DNA from: Candidatus Poribacteria bacterium
Lineage (GTDB): Bacteria; Poribacteria; WGA-4E; PCPOR2b
Assembly (NCBI GenBank): GCA_965116925.1
Contig: OZ220744.1
Coordinates: 1,088,001-1,152,000 of the forward strand
Direction: 5' to 3'
Length of the DNA: 64,000 nt
The notes below the pieces were generated by a model. The model had not been told where the DNA came from. It ran no database searches and saw only the letters and a program-made list of their open reading frames with translations. Position numbers and translations under genes: made by a program. Below are positions 48,955 through 59,555 of the stretch, in pieces (within the stretch, counting starts at the first letter, position 1; each line of letters starts with the position of its first letter).

Positions 48955-48983
48955 TTGACACCACATCCCCGATGTATTATCAT
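48955..48983 (+). promoter_or_regulatory. Sigma70 promoter for the dehydratase-rsmI unit
   Basis: TTGACA-17 nt-TATCAT. Confidence 0.65.
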
Positions 48984-49033
48984 GTAGGATAGGATTTTTT
49001 CTATTCAATCTTTACGACACACAGGAGAACGCT

Positions 49034-50158
49034 ATGAAGATAACAGGGTTTGAAACGATTCCGATACGCGGACGCTCGATGGTTCTGAAGATGTTCACCG
49101 ATGAGGGACTGGTCGGCTTCGGTGAACCGATGAACTATGAACATTGGCGTCCAGTTGCACAAGCAGTAGACGATATGGCAGAGTATTTGGTGGGCAGGGA
49201 CCCCTTGCAGATCGAAGACCACTGGCAGGCGATGTTCCGATCCAGCTACAGCCGGAGTATGCCGGTGTTAGTCGGTGCGCTAAGCGGAATTGAGATGGCA
49301 ATGTGGGACGTATTCGGCAAAGCGGTAGAGCTGCCCGTATGGAAACTACTGGGCGGCTCGGTACGTCGACGCGTTCGTGTCTACACGGCATCAGGTGGCT
49401 CGACGCCACAAGAGTGCGCCGAGAACGCGAAGGCTGCAGTTGAGAGAGGTTTCAGTGCCGTGAAGATGGGCGGTTCGCAAGGTCCTGTCCGTTTTGTGGA
49501 TACACCGAAAGCAATTGATACAATGGTAGCGCGGGTGGCAGCGGTGCGCGAAGCGGTAGGCGACGAGGTGGATATCGCCGTTGATCTCCATCGCCGCTTC
49601 AGTCCCACGATGGCGCAGATCTTTGTGAGAGAACTGGAACCGCTACGACCACTATTTGCCGAAGAGCCGTGCCATCCGGAGAACAACGAACCGCTGTTGG
49701 CGTTGTCACAGTCAACGACAGTGCCGATTGCGACAGGGGAACGCCACCTGACGCGGTGGAGTTTCCGAGAAGTAATCGAGCGCGAGATGTGTGCCATCTT
49801 GCAGCCCGACATTCGACACTCCGGTGGGATAATGGAATTGAAAAAGATTGCGACGATGGCGGAGATTCACAACATGGCGATTGCCCCACACAACGCAGCC
49901 GGTCCCATCGGGGTTGCAGCGTCGGTGCACGTGATAGCGACTATACCTAACCTACTTATTTGCGAAGGCGGTCACAATCGCGGACAGGGGTTGTTTAACG
50001 AGCCACTAACCCTGAAAGACGGATTTATCGAGCTGCCGACAGCACCAGGGCTAGGCGTGGATATGGAAGATGAAGCTATCGAAGCATTTCGGGACGAAAC
50101 CTACCGGTTGCGGGGGATGTTCTGGCACGAGGACGACGGTTCTTTTGCAGACTTTTAG
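49034..50158 (+). CDS. Galactonate dehydratase-like enolase superfamily enzyme
   Basis: AVDLH, FAEEP, ATGER, LQPD, APHN and C-terminal WHEDDGSFADF. Confidence 0.88.
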   Translation: MKITGFETIPIRGRSMVLKMFTDEGLVGFGEPMNYEHWRPVAQAVDDMAEYLVGRDPLQIEDHWQAMFRSSYSRSMPVLVGALSGIEMAMWDVFGKAVELPVWKLLGGSVRRRVRVYTASGGSTPQECAENAKAAVERGFSAVKMGGSQGPVRFVDTPKAIDTMVARVAAVREAVGDEVDIAVDLHRRFSPTMAQIFVRELEPLRPLFAEEPCHPENNEPLLALSQSTTVPIATGERHLTRWSFREVIEREMCAILQPDIRHSGGIMELKKIATMAEIHNMAIAPHNAAGPIGVAASVHVIATIPNLLICEGGHNRGQGLFNEPLTLKDGFIELPTAPGLGVDMEDEAIEAFRDETYRLRGMFWHEDDGSFADF

Positions 50159-50164
50159 GTGAAA

Positions 50165-50878
50165 ATGGCAAAACCCACCGATGTCAAATCAACAGAGGGT
50201 GTCCTATACATTGTGAGCACGCCGATCGGCAATCTAGAGGACATCACGCTTCGCGCATTGCGGACCCTCAAAGAGGTTGATCTGATCGCTGCCGAGGACA
50301 CCCGCCACACACGCCGACTGCTTGCCCATTACGAGATTCGGACGCCGATCACCAGCTACTTTGAAGGCAACCAAATCCAGAAGGGCACAAAACTAGTTAC
50401 GCGCTTGAAAGCGGGGGAGTCTATCGCACTAGTATCCGATGCCGGCACACCGACAATATCGGATCCAGGGTATCGGCTGCTAATCCAGTGCATCGAAGCA
50501 GGTATCCCTATCATACCGATTCCCGGTCCCTCCGCTTGCATTGCGGCAGCTTCGGTTGCAGGGTTGCCGCTGCACAATTTCGTCTTTGAAGGCTTTCTTT
50601 CACCGAAGTCTGGGAGACGGAAACGCCAACTTTCAGATCTATGTGAAGAGAAGCGAACCCTCATCTTCTACGAATCTCCGCACCGGATAGTTGCGTTCCT
50701 GCAAGATGTTCTGGAGGTGTTCGGGGATCGGCGGGTTTCCGTTGCGCGTGAATTGACAAAGAAGTTTGAGGAGATCTTCCGAGGCAAGGTGACTGAAGCG
50801 ATTGAGAAATTCCAAGAAACGGCACCACGAGGCGAGTTTACTATCGTGATTGAAGGGCTCCTTTCAAGCAAGGAATAG
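50165..50878 (+). CDS. rsmI: 16S rRNA (cytidine1402-2'-O)-methyltransferase
   Basis: TPIGNLEDIT, AEDTR, SDAGTP.ISDPG, YESPHR and ARELTK motifs. Confidence 0.95.
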   Translation: MAKPTDVKSTEGVLYIVSTPIGNLEDITLRALRTLKEVDLIAAEDTRHTRRLLAHYEIRTPITSYFEGNQIQKGTKLVTRLKAGESIALVSDAGTPTISDPGYRLLIQCIEAGIPIIPIPGPSACIAAASVAGLPLHNFVFEGFLSPKSGRRKRQLSDLCEEKRTLIFYESPHRIVAFLQDVLEVFGDRRVSVARELTKKFEEIFRGKVTEAIEKFQETAPRGEFTIVIEGLLSSKE

Positions 50879-51028
50879 CACACCTGAGCACATATCTATC
50901 GAACAAAAATCTAAATAAACTGAATAATTCCCATGGCATGGCTAACTAATCATTATACAAATCTTTAGCAGTATAGTGGGTTAGTTCTTACGCTCAGGTG
51001 TCTTGAAAAGGAAAGGAGACTATTCCAA

Positions 51029-52618
51029 ATGAAAGCAAAATTCATATCTGTGGGTCAACTGCTGATTGTCTTGGCAGTATGCAGTCTAATGGTCCTTATC
51101 TACACGGGCTGCGGCGGTGGTGACGACGATGACGATGATGACTACGGCTACGCTGAGTCTGATGCTGACTACAGCTACGGTCCTCCGCCAGCCAGTTCTG
51201 TCCCTTTGGGATTGAACCCTCCAAACGGTGCAGCCTTTGACGATGTATTCTTTAAGGACTATGGCACCAATCCCTTTATTGATACGGAGGACGATCACTT
51301 TTCAACGTTTGGTATGGATGTAGATACCGCCTCCTATTCCGTCACCCGACGCTACCTCCGAGATGGGCACCTCCCCCCGCCGGAAGCTGTGCGTGTCGAA
51401 GAATTTATCAACGCCTTTGATTACAATTATGAACCGCCGTTGCATGAGGCATTCGCAGTTCATATCGATGGTGCTCCCTCCAGGTTTGGTGAAGGCAAGC
51501 GGCTTCAATTGCTGCGGATCGGCATCCAGGGGCGGGTCGTTCAAAGCGAGAACCGGAAGGACGCGATATTGACCTTTGTGATTGATGTCTCCGGTTCAAT
51601 GGCAATGGAAAATCGGTTGGGATTGGTGAAGCGGTCTTTGCGGCTCCTTGTTGATCAACTTCGACCCGGCGACGAGGTAGGCATCGTTATTTACGGTTCT
51701 CGTGCAAAGGTCTTACTTCCGCACACGGGCGTTGAAGAGCGCGCGAGAATCTTGAGGGCGATTGATTCTCTTGCGCCGGAGGGCGCAACGAATGCCGAGG
51801 AGGGGCTTCGCATGGGCTATGATCTCGCCTTAAAGAATGCGAGGTTTGGTAGTATCAATCGTGTTATTCTTTGTTCGGATGGGGTTGCCAATGTCGGACA
51901 AACGGGGCCCGATGCGATTCTCAGAGAGGTTCGTGCCCACGTTGAAGAAGGAATAACATTAACGACGATCGGATTTGGCATGGGCAATTTTAACGATATC
52001 CTGATGGAACAGCTCGCTAACAAGGGGAATGGCAGCTACGCTTATGTCGATACCCTTGGCGAAGCGAGACGGATCTTTGTGGAGAACCTGACAGGTACGT
52101 TGCAGATTATTGCCAGAGATGCTAAAATTCAGGTTGATTTCAACCCACGGGTCGTCAGTCGTTTTCGCCTGCTCGGCTATGAGAACCGTCGCCTCGATCA
52201 TGAAGATTTCTGGGACGACGATGCGGATGGTGGGGAAATTGGTTCAGGACACAGCGTGACGGCACTCTACGAGATTAAACTCCATGAAGGTGCGGTGGGA
52301 CAACTCGCAACTGTTTTTATACGGCACGAGGATCCGGACACGCGTCAAGTCACAGAAATCAGCGAGGATATCTTCGCTGCAGAACTTGAAGATGCGTTTG
52401 AAGATACCTCTCCCGAGTTTCAGTTAGCTGCTGCGGTTGCAGAATTCGCCGAAATCTTGCGAGACAGTTTCTGGGCACAGGAGGGCAGCTTAGAAGCTGT
52501 ACATCAGGTCATCGAAGGGGTCCTGCCTCGAATCCGTGACGAACGAAGTGATGAGTTGCTGCACCTCGTGAACGGGGCAGCACGTTTGAAGGCACGGAGC
52601 GGGGAACACATTGAGTGA
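51029..52618 (+). CDS. vWA domain lipoprotein (YfbK-like)
   Basis: Signal peptide ending YTGC, poly-Asp run, STFGMDVDTASY, MIDAS DVSGS, SDGVANVG, RLLGYENR. Confidence 0.88.
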   Translation: MKAKFISVGQLLIVLAVCSLMVLIYTGCGGGDDDDDDDYGYAESDADYSYGPPPASSVPLGLNPPNGAAFDDVFFKDYGTNPFIDTEDDHFSTFGMDVDTASYSVTRRYLRDGHLPPPEAVRVEEFINAFDYNYEPPLHEAFAVHIDGAPSRFGEGKRLQLLRIGIQGRVVQSENRKDAILTFVIDVSGSMAMENRLGLVKRSLRLLVDQLRPGDEVGIVIYGSRAKVLLPHTGVEERARILRAIDSLAPEGATNAEEGLRMGYDLALKNARFGSINRVILCSDGVANVGQTGPDAILREVRAHVEEGITLTTIGFGMGNFNDILMEQLANKGNGSYAYVDTLGEARRIFVENLTGTLQIIARDAKIQVDFNPRVVSRFRLLGYENRRLDHEDFWDDDADGGEIGSGHSVTALYEIKLHEGAVGQLATVFIRHEDPDTRQVTEISEDIFAAELEDAFEDTSPEFQLAAAVAEFAEILRDSFWAQEGSLEAVHQVIEGVLPRIRDERSDELLHLVNGAARLKARSGEHIE

Positions 52619-52644
52619 AGCAGAAGCGCACGCTTGTGATCAGT

Positions 52645-54714
52645 TTACTCGGTGGAATCTGCTGTAGGGGAACTGAGCTGCCAGAGTAGAATTGTCCCGT
52701 CTTCACTGCCACTAGCAAGCGTCGTTCCATCGGGCGAGAATGCAACAGAATGAACGCCGGCGGTATGCCCCTCTAGGGTGCCTTTGTGTTTTCCGGTGTT
52801 AGTATCCCACAAACCAATTGTATGGTCCCAACTTCCGCTGGCAAGCGTTCTGCCATTGGGAGAATATGCTACGGTAAAGACATGATCTGTGTGTCCATCA
52901 AAGGTTGCTTTGAGTTCTCCGGTGTCAGCCTCCCACAAGCCAATCTTGTGTCCATACCCTCCACCGGCAAGCGTTTTGCCATCCGGAGCGCACACCAAGA
53001 GAGTGACCCAATCCGTCTCACCGGAAAGGGTCACCTTATGTGTCCCGGTATTAATATCCCACAGCTGAATCGTATGGTCCTGGCTTATGCTTGCTAACGT
53101 GTTACCTTTTGGAAAGAAGATTACACAGTTGACCCGATCCGTATGCCCTTCAAGCGTTGTCTTCTGTTCCCCGGTGTCAACATCCCACAGTCGAATCGTA
53201 TGGTCCCAACTCGCACTAGCGAGCGTTTTGCCATCTGGAGAAAACATCACAGAACTAATCTGATCTGTGTGATCTGCAAGGACCGCCTTGACTTCTCCGG
53301 TGTCAGCATGCCATAGCCGAATCGTGTAGTCATCACTTCCGCTGGCAAGCGTTTTGCCATCGGGAGAAAACGCCACAGCAGTGCCCCAGTCTGTATGTCC
53401 TTTAAGAGTGTTTTTAGGTGCTCCTGTATCCACATGCCACAGTCGAATTGTGTGGTCGTCACTGCCGGTGGCAAGTGTCTTGCCATCTGGAGAGAAAACT
53501 ACGCAAGGAAAACGAGTTACATGCTCCTCAAGGGTTGCTTTGTGTTTTCCAGTATTGGGACTCCACAACCGAATTGTAGAGATCAAAAGGGTTGTATTAT
53601 GTTTTCCGGTGTTAGCTTTTCCCATCCAAATCATGGAATCCTGACTTCTACTCGCTAGCGTACTACCCTCCGGGGAGAACACCACCGACTGCACATCATG
53701 CATGTGTCCTTCAAGAGTGGTCTTGATTTTTCCGGTCTCCATATCCCACAACCGAATCGTTCCGTCATAACCGCCACTGCTAGCAAGCGTTTTGCCATCC
53801 GGGGAAAATGCCACAGCGGTCCCCCGATCCGTATGTCCTTCAAGGGTCATCTTAATTGTTCCTGTTGCAATTTCCCAGAACCGAATGGTGTTGTCCCAAC
53901 TCCCACTGACAAGTGTCTGTCCAGCCGGTAGAAAAGCCGCGGAAAAGACGGAATCGGTATGTCCCCTAAGGGTCATTTTGATTTTTCCGGTCTCCATATC
54001 CCACAATAGAATCGTATCGTCTTCGCTACCACTGACAAGTGCCTTTCCATCGGGGGAAAAATTGACTGAATAAACGGCTCCCTGATGTCCAAAGAGGGTT
54101 TGTTGGTGTGCGCCGGTGTCAGCATTCCACAACCGAATCATTTCGTCCCAACTTCCACTAGCAAGCGTTTTGCCATCGGGAGAAAACGCCATGGAACTGA
54201 CATCATGACCATGTCCTTCAAGAGTTATTTTGATTTTTCCGGTCTCCATATCCCACAACCGAATCGTTCCGTCATAACCACCACTGCTAGCAAGCGTTTT
54301 ACCATCTGGTGAAAACACTACAGAACTGACTTCATGGCCATGTCCATTGAGCGTTGCTTTATGCTGCCCGGTAGAAGTGTCCCACAACCGTATTGTCTCG
54401 TCCATACTTCCACTGACAAGTGTTTTTCCGTCCGGGGAGAAAGTTACCGAGAGTACCCAATCCGTATGACCAGTAAGCAGAGTGACTGCGGATCCGGCAT
54501 GTACATCATAAAGCCAGATACCGATGGTACTTGCCACGGCAAGCTGGGCCCCATCAGGTGAATGCGCTATATCAAGGATTCGACCTTTACCGAGACGCAC
54601 TTTGGCACCGTCGGGTAAACCCCATTGAATATGGTCTTGGGCGAGAGCGTTTGGTTGAAGGAATAGAGTGGAAACGAGCAGAAAGGCGAGATTGAAAAAC
54701 CGTCTCTTTGTCAT
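52645..54714 (-). CDS. Secreted WD40-repeat protein (about 15 repeats)
   Basis: Signal peptide, LPDGAKVRLGKG cap, repeated GH..V..VAFSPDGKTLASGS.D.TIRLWD. Confidence 0.95.
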   Translation of the reverse strand: MTKRRFFNLAFLLVSTLFLQPNALAQDHIQWGLPDGAKVRLGKGRILDIAHSPDGAQLAVASTIGIWLYDVHAGSAVTLLTGHTDWVLSVTFSPDGKTLVSGSMDETIRLWDTSTGQHKATLNGHGHEVSSVVFSPDGKTLASSGGYDGTIRLWDMETGKIKITLEGHGHDVSSMAFSPDGKTLASGSWDEMIRLWNADTGAHQQTLFGHQGAVYSVNFSPDGKALVSGSEDDTILLWDMETGKIKMTLRGHTDSVFSAAFLPAGQTLVSGSWDNTIRFWEIATGTIKMTLEGHTDRGTAVAFSPDGKTLASSGGYDGTIRLWDMETGKIKTTLEGHMHDVQSVVFSPEGSTLASRSQDSMIWMGKANTGKHNTTLLISTIRLWSPNTGKHKATLEEHVTRFPCVVFSPDGKTLATGSDDHTIRLWHVDTGAPKNTLKGHTDWGTAVAFSPDGKTLASGSDDYTIRLWHADTGEVKAVLADHTDQISSVMFSPDGKTLASASWDHTIRLWDVDTGEQKTTLEGHTDRVNCVIFFPKGNTLASISQDHTIQLWDINTGTHKVTLSGETDWVTLLVCAPDGKTLAGGGYGHKIGLWEADTGELKATFDGHTDHVFTVAYSPNGRTLASGSWDHTIGLWDTNTGKHKGTLEGHTAGVHSVAFSPDGTTLASGSEDGTILLWQLSSPTADSTE

Positions 54715-54995
54715 CAGATTATTCTTTTGCTGAATGGAGTTAAGGAATTTCGAGGGTTGTGGAAAAATTCACAAGCATATATACATCACAAATTTTAACA
54801 CACGCAGAGGTAGAATACAAACAAAACTGCACAAATTTTGTGCATATCAAAAAGTTATGTACAGAAAACGTCTTTCTGAAGAACTCGGTTTCTGGTTTCT
54901 TAGAAAATTTCTATTTCAATTTATGCTGCCGGGATGATACCCTATATATTGTTAGTTCTTTAGATTTTGCTCTCATAAAAAGCAGGAGGTAAGCC

Positions 54996-55643
54996 ATGGC
55001 AACAGATGCAAACATCCGCGCCTTAGTGATTACCGGCGGGCACGGTTTCGAGCCGGAACCGTTTTGGGAGATGTTCGATAGTTTTGAAGATTTCAGTTAC
55101 GATACTGTTGTCTTTCCAGATGCGTTTGAATATCTGAACCTCGAAGCGGCAAAGAATTATGATGCACTCGTCTTCTACGATATGTGGCAGGAGATTACCG
55201 CTGACCAGCAGGAGGCGTATCTTGAACTGCTAAATCAAGGCAAACCGATTGTGTACTTGCATCACGCGCTGATTTCGTTCCCAGAATGGGATGAATTCAA
55301 CCAAATCGTCGGTGGGGTTTGGGAGCAAGGCAAGGGCACGGTGAAACATAACGTTCAGTACACCATCCAGATCACTGACCCCGACCATCCCGCGACAAAA
55401 GGGATGCAGAATTTTGAGATTGAGGATGAGACGTACGGCAATTTCGACGCCAATCCTGATGTGCATGTTCTTCTCACGGCGGAACACCCGGAGAGCGCGC
55501 CGGTGATTGGCTGGACGCATCGATATGGTAATTCTCAAATTGTGTACATCCAGCTCGGACACGACGGACTTGCTTACGGCAATCCGGGATATCGCAAGCT
55601 GGTCGATCAAGGGATTCGTTGGGTCGTGGCTGCAGAAAACTAG
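54996..55643 (+). CDS. ThuA domain protein
   Basis: ITGGH, YLHHA, HPAT, DETY and YIQLGHD motifs. Confidence 0.85.
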   Translation: MATDANIRALVITGGHGFEPEPFWEMFDSFEDFSYDTVVFPDAFEYLNLEAAKNYDALVFYDMWQEITADQQEAYLELLNQGKPIVYLHHALISFPEWDEFNQIVGGVWEQGKGTVKHNVQYTIQITDPDHPATKGMQNFEIEDETYGNFDANPDVHVLLTAEHPESAPVIGWTHRYGNSQIVYIQLGHDGLAYGNPGYRKLVDQGIRWVVAAEN

Positions 55644-55690
55644 AAAAGGGAAGCTAGTTCTGTCACACCCTGACTGTGAGATCAACTGCT

Positions 55691-56983
55691 ATGACAAAAT
55701 CCGATATTGGCGACCGACACGAAATTCAGTTGACCGATTTGACCTATTCTGCCTCCGCTGTCGGTCGGATTGAGGGGATTGTCACTTTTGTCCACCGGGG
55801 GGTGCCGGGTGAAACGGCACAAGTCGAGATTACTGAAGTCAAGAAACGGCATCTACACGCCCGAATTAACGAGATCATCTCTCCCTCTCCAGATCGTTGC
55901 CCACCGCCGTGCGCCTACTTTGATGCAGGATGTGGCGGCTGTCAATGGCAGCATATCAACGTGGATGCTCAACTCGACGCGAAAGTGCGAGTGCTTACCG
56001 AAGCATTAAATCGGATTGGAGGATTATCGTCCCTGCCCGATATAACGCGCCATCCTACGCCTCAACCGCTTGGCTATCGGAATAACCTCCGTTTGGCCGT
56101 TACGACTGTCCGACCTCAAGTTGAATTCGGATTCAAGCAAGAAGGGAGCCATGATGTGCTTCCAATTGACCGGTGCGAGATTGCATTGCCTGCAATCAAT
56201 CGTGCCTTACCACAGGTTACTGATCTAATAACAAACCTCCGGTGCTTTCAGGTGACGGAGTTAACATTGCGGACATCCGTCACAACCGACGAGGTCATGT
56301 TAATCCTGATTTTTCCGAAGAAACACAAACCACGTCTTAAATTCACTGACAGAGACTTGGGGGATTATCCGGCAATCCACTCGATTTATATCCAAAGTGG
56401 AGAGCGAGGAGAGCCTGTATGGGTTGCAGGGGGGCAAACACTATCCGAAACCGCCGGTGGGCTATCCTTTGAGATTGGTCCCCAAACTTTTTTTCAGAAC
56501 AACCACCCCGGATTAGAACAACTTCTGGGAATCGTTCGACGCCATCTCCAAGTCTACCCGCCAATGGTGGCTATTGATGCACATTGCGGCGTGGGTGCGT
56601 TTACGTTGCCAGTTGCTCAAACTGCGAAAGCTGCTTTTGGGCTTGATCTCCAAGCGAAGGCGGTTGCGCTTGCGACCAATAACGCCAAGGCTAACGCCAT
56701 AACAAATGCAAATTTCCGCGCTGGGCATCTTGCCAAGCTAGGCAGCGTCAAGGCGGATTTGGTGCTTCTCAATCCGCCACGAGGTGGGTGCTGGTCGGAA
56801 GACCTGGAAGCCCTCGATCGAATTGCTCCGCAGCACATCCTATACATCTCTTGCGATCCCACTACCCTTGCTCGTGATCTGTCTAAACTCAGTGCGAAGT
56901 ATGAGGTTGCGTCCTTGGACCTTGTGGATCTATTTCCGATGACCTATCATTTTGAAACGGTGGTTGGGTTGCAACGACTCTGA
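55691..56983 (+). CDS. TrmA/RlmD-type RNA (uracil-5)-methyltransferase with TRAM domain
   Basis: C..CGGCQWQ Fe-S motif, YRN, FFQ, CGVG, PPRGG, YISC and DLFP.T.HFE. Confidence 0.88.
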   Translation: MTKSDIGDRHEIQLTDLTYSASAVGRIEGIVTFVHRGVPGETAQVEITEVKKRHLHARINEIISPSPDRCPPPCAYFDAGCGGCQWQHINVDAQLDAKVRVLTEALNRIGGLSSLPDITRHPTPQPLGYRNNLRLAVTTVRPQVEFGFKQEGSHDVLPIDRCEIALPAINRALPQVTDLITNLRCFQVTELTLRTSVTTDEVMLILIFPKKHKPRLKFTDRDLGDYPAIHSIYIQSGERGEPVWVAGGQTLSETAGGLSFEIGPQTFFQNNHPGLEQLLGIVRRHLQVYPPMVAIDAHCGVGAFTLPVAQTAKAAFGLDLQAKAVALATNNAKANAITNANFRAGHLAKLGSVKADLVLLNPPRGGCWSEDLEALDRIAPQHILYISCDPTTLARDLSKLSAKYEVASLDLVDLFPMTYHFETVVGLQRL

Positions 56984-57028
56984 AAAATCACCTTGGATTT
57001 GCGTTTCTGTCTGTGCTTAGAGGAATTT

Positions 57029-58228
57029 ATGGACATTGAATATCGTGCGCCGCGTAACGAAACTGAACTTGATGATACAATTGACTGTAGTGTTCGTGCT
57101 TTCGGGGACTTAGGGGATAGACGATATCGCTTCACAAACTTTGTCAAACAGGATCCGTGGCTTGATCTCAATAATACGCGTGCCTGCTTTATAGACGGGA
57201 AGGTTGCTAGCGTTGTACAGGTCTTTGACCGCGCTATGCGTATTGGGGATTGTGTCGTACGGATGGGTGGAGTCGGCAGCGTCGGTACACCTCCAGTACA
57301 TCGTCGCGCTGGCTATTCATCGAAGGTGGTACGGGACACTGTCCGGTATATGCAAACGGCGGGTTACGATCTCTCGATGTTGTCTACAGGCATCCAATCG
57401 CATTATGCCAAGGCAGGCTGGGTAATATATCCGACCTACAGCATGGAGCTGACTCTACCCCCAACGCTTGGGGAAATGCCTGCTGATGTGGCTATCGAAC
57501 AGTATGAGCCCAATCGAGATCTGCCGGCGTTGCAAGCGATTTTCGATCAGTTTAATACCAATCGAACGGGGACATTTATAAGAAACACTGAATACTGGTG
57601 CAACCGACCGACGTGGAGGCCGTACGATCCATCGCTGTATTGGGTTGCTAAACAGGGCGGAACAACGGTTGCCTATCTGCAAGCTGAACGATGGAGGATA
57701 GCTGAATTCGGCTATCTTGCAGATGCGGAGCAGGCGATGATTGCGTTATTCTGTCACCTGTTCCGTTGTGCGAAGACAGAAGGCGTTCAGGAAATCGACG
57801 GAATAGCACCATCGGAGAGCCGAAAGATATTTGAGACGATGGGGTGCTCTGTTCGGAGACGTGAACGGAGCAATATTATGTTTTTAATCACCAACTTTGA
57901 ATCGTTATTAACAAAGGTTAAACCGCTGTTGGAGGCGAGGCTTAGGGATTCGGACTTTTCGACGTGGACTGGTGCGATTCGCGTCTGTTACGAAGCCGAC
58001 GAACGAACGTTGGTTATTCAGGAAGGAAAGATCAGTATTGCACAAAACAGAGCATTGCCGGCAATCAACCTCTATGTCAGTCAAACGCAGCTGCTGAAAC
58101 TGCTATTTGGGAATATGAGTGCCGAACAGCTGATTTTTTCCAACGGTTTGCAGATTCGCGAAGTTGGTTTGCTCAATGCACTTTTCCCCGCAGGTGAACT
58201 ATTCATATGGTGGCTGGACCGAATCTAA
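57029..58228 (+). CDS. Eis-like GNAT acetyltransferase (tandem paralog 1)
   Basis: MGGVGSVGT...RRAGYS, HYAKAGW and a C-terminal SCP2-like segment. Confidence 0.8.
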   Translation: MDIEYRAPRNETELDDTIDCSVRAFGDLGDRRYRFTNFVKQDPWLDLNNTRACFIDGKVASVVQVFDRAMRIGDCVVRMGGVGSVGTPPVHRRAGYSSKVVRDTVRYMQTAGYDLSMLSTGIQSHYAKAGWVIYPTYSMELTLPPTLGEMPADVAIEQYEPNRDLPALQAIFDQFNTNRTGTFIRNTEYWCNRPTWRPYDPSLYWVAKQGGTTVAYLQAERWRIAEFGYLADAEQAMIALFCHLFRCAKTEGVQEIDGIAPSESRKIFETMGCSVRRRERSNIMFLITNFESLLTKVKPLLEARLRDSDFSTWTGAIRVCYEADERTLVIQEGKISIAQNRALPAINLYVSQTQLLKLLFGNMSAEQLIFSNGLQIREVGLLNALFPAGELFIWWLDRI

Positions 58229-58344
58229 TCGGTCAACTGACCTACTATCCAGATAGTTCAAGAAAATACAACATACCCACTCTTCAATAGATAGCAACTT
58301 GGATTATATTGGATCAGCATTTCTTTCTGTGTTTGGAGAAATTT

Positions 58345-59544
58345 ATGAATATTGAATATCGTGCCCCGCGTAATGCAACTGAGCTTGACGATACAATTCA
58401 GTGCAGTATTCGTGCTTTTGGAGGCTCGGAGCATATCCAACACCTTTTCGTAAACATTGTCGAACACGATCCATGGTTTGACCTCAATAACACGCGTGCC
58501 TGTTTTGTCGATGGTAAGGCGGCTAGCGTTGTACAGATCTTTGAACGTCCTATGCGTATTGGGAGCTGCATTGTGCGGATGGGCGGCGTCGGCAGTGTCG
58601 GCACAGATCCACCCCATCTCCGCGCCGGGTATTCATCGGGAGTACTGCGAGATAGCGTCCGGTATATGCAAGCAGCGGGCTATGATCTCTCGATTCTTGG
58701 TACGGGCATCCAATCGCACTACGCAAGGGCGGGCTGGGTAATGCATCCCACCTACAGTATGGAACTGACCCTGCCTCCGACGCTTGGGGAAGCGTCCCCT
58801 GACGTGATTATTGAGTTGTGTGAACCGGATCGAGATATGCCTGTATTGCGAGCGATTTTCGATCAGTTTAACGCCAATCGAACAGGTACGTTTGTGAAAA
58901 ATACTGAGTATTGGACGAATCGACCTAAGTGGAGGCCATATGATCCGTCGTTGTATTGGATTGCTAAACAGGGTGGGACAACGGTTGCTTACCTGCTGGC
59001 TGAACAGTGGGAAGTCGGCGAATTTGGCTATCTCCCCGATGCAGAGCAGGCGATGACTGCGTTATTTTACCGCTTCTTCCATCGTGCGCAGGCGGTGGGT
59101 GTGCAGGTAATCGGGGCGCCAGTGCCCGCCCAGAGTCGAAAGATATTTGAGGGGATGGGGTGCTCCGTCAGGCGGCGAGAGAACAACAACGCAATGTTTT
59201 TGATAACCAACTTCGGATCGCTATTGACAAAGATTAAGCCGTTGTTGGAGATGAGACTCAGGGATTCGAGCTTTTCGGCGTGGAGAGGGGCTATTCGTGT
59301 GCGCTATGAAGCCGGTGAACAGACGTTGGTTATTGAGGACGGGGCGGTCAGTATCACTCACGAGAGCGTATCGCCGAAGATCGACCTCTGCGTCAGTCAA
59401 ACGCAGCTGCTGAAGCTCCTATTTGGAAATATGAGCGCCGAACAGATTGTGTTTTCCAACGGTTTGAGGATCAACGAAATCGGCCTGCTTGATGCACTTT
59501 TCCCAGCCGGTGAACTGTTTATGTGGCGGACAGACCGATTCTAA
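58345..59544 (+). CDS. Eis-like GNAT acetyltransferase (tandem paralog 2)
   Basis: Collinear with 57029-58228 and the same length. Confidence 0.8.
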   Translation: MNIEYRAPRNATELDDTIQCSIRAFGGSEHIQHLFVNIVEHDPWFDLNNTRACFVDGKAASVVQIFERPMRIGSCIVRMGGVGSVGTDPPHLRAGYSSGVLRDSVRYMQAAGYDLSILGTGIQSHYARAGWVMHPTYSMELTLPPTLGEASPDVIIELCEPDRDMPVLRAIFDQFNANRTGTFVKNTEYWTNRPKWRPYDPSLYWIAKQGGTTVAYLLAEQWEVGEFGYLPDAEQAMTALFYRFFHRAQAVGVQVIGAPVPAQSRKIFEGMGCSVRRRENNNAMFLITNFGSLLTKIKPLLEMRLRDSSFSAWRGAIRVRYEAGEQTLVIEDGAVSITHESVSPKIDLCVSQTQLLKLLFGNMSAEQIVFSNGLRINEIGLLDALFPAGELFMWRTDRF

Positions 59545-59555
59545 TCGAGGATAAA

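Noticed and set aside
53705..54306. Near-identical WD40 segments as a DGR template/variable repeat pair
   Set aside because: Both copies are in-frame within one gene, the mismatches are not adenine-specific on the coding strand, and no reverse transcriptase is in the window.
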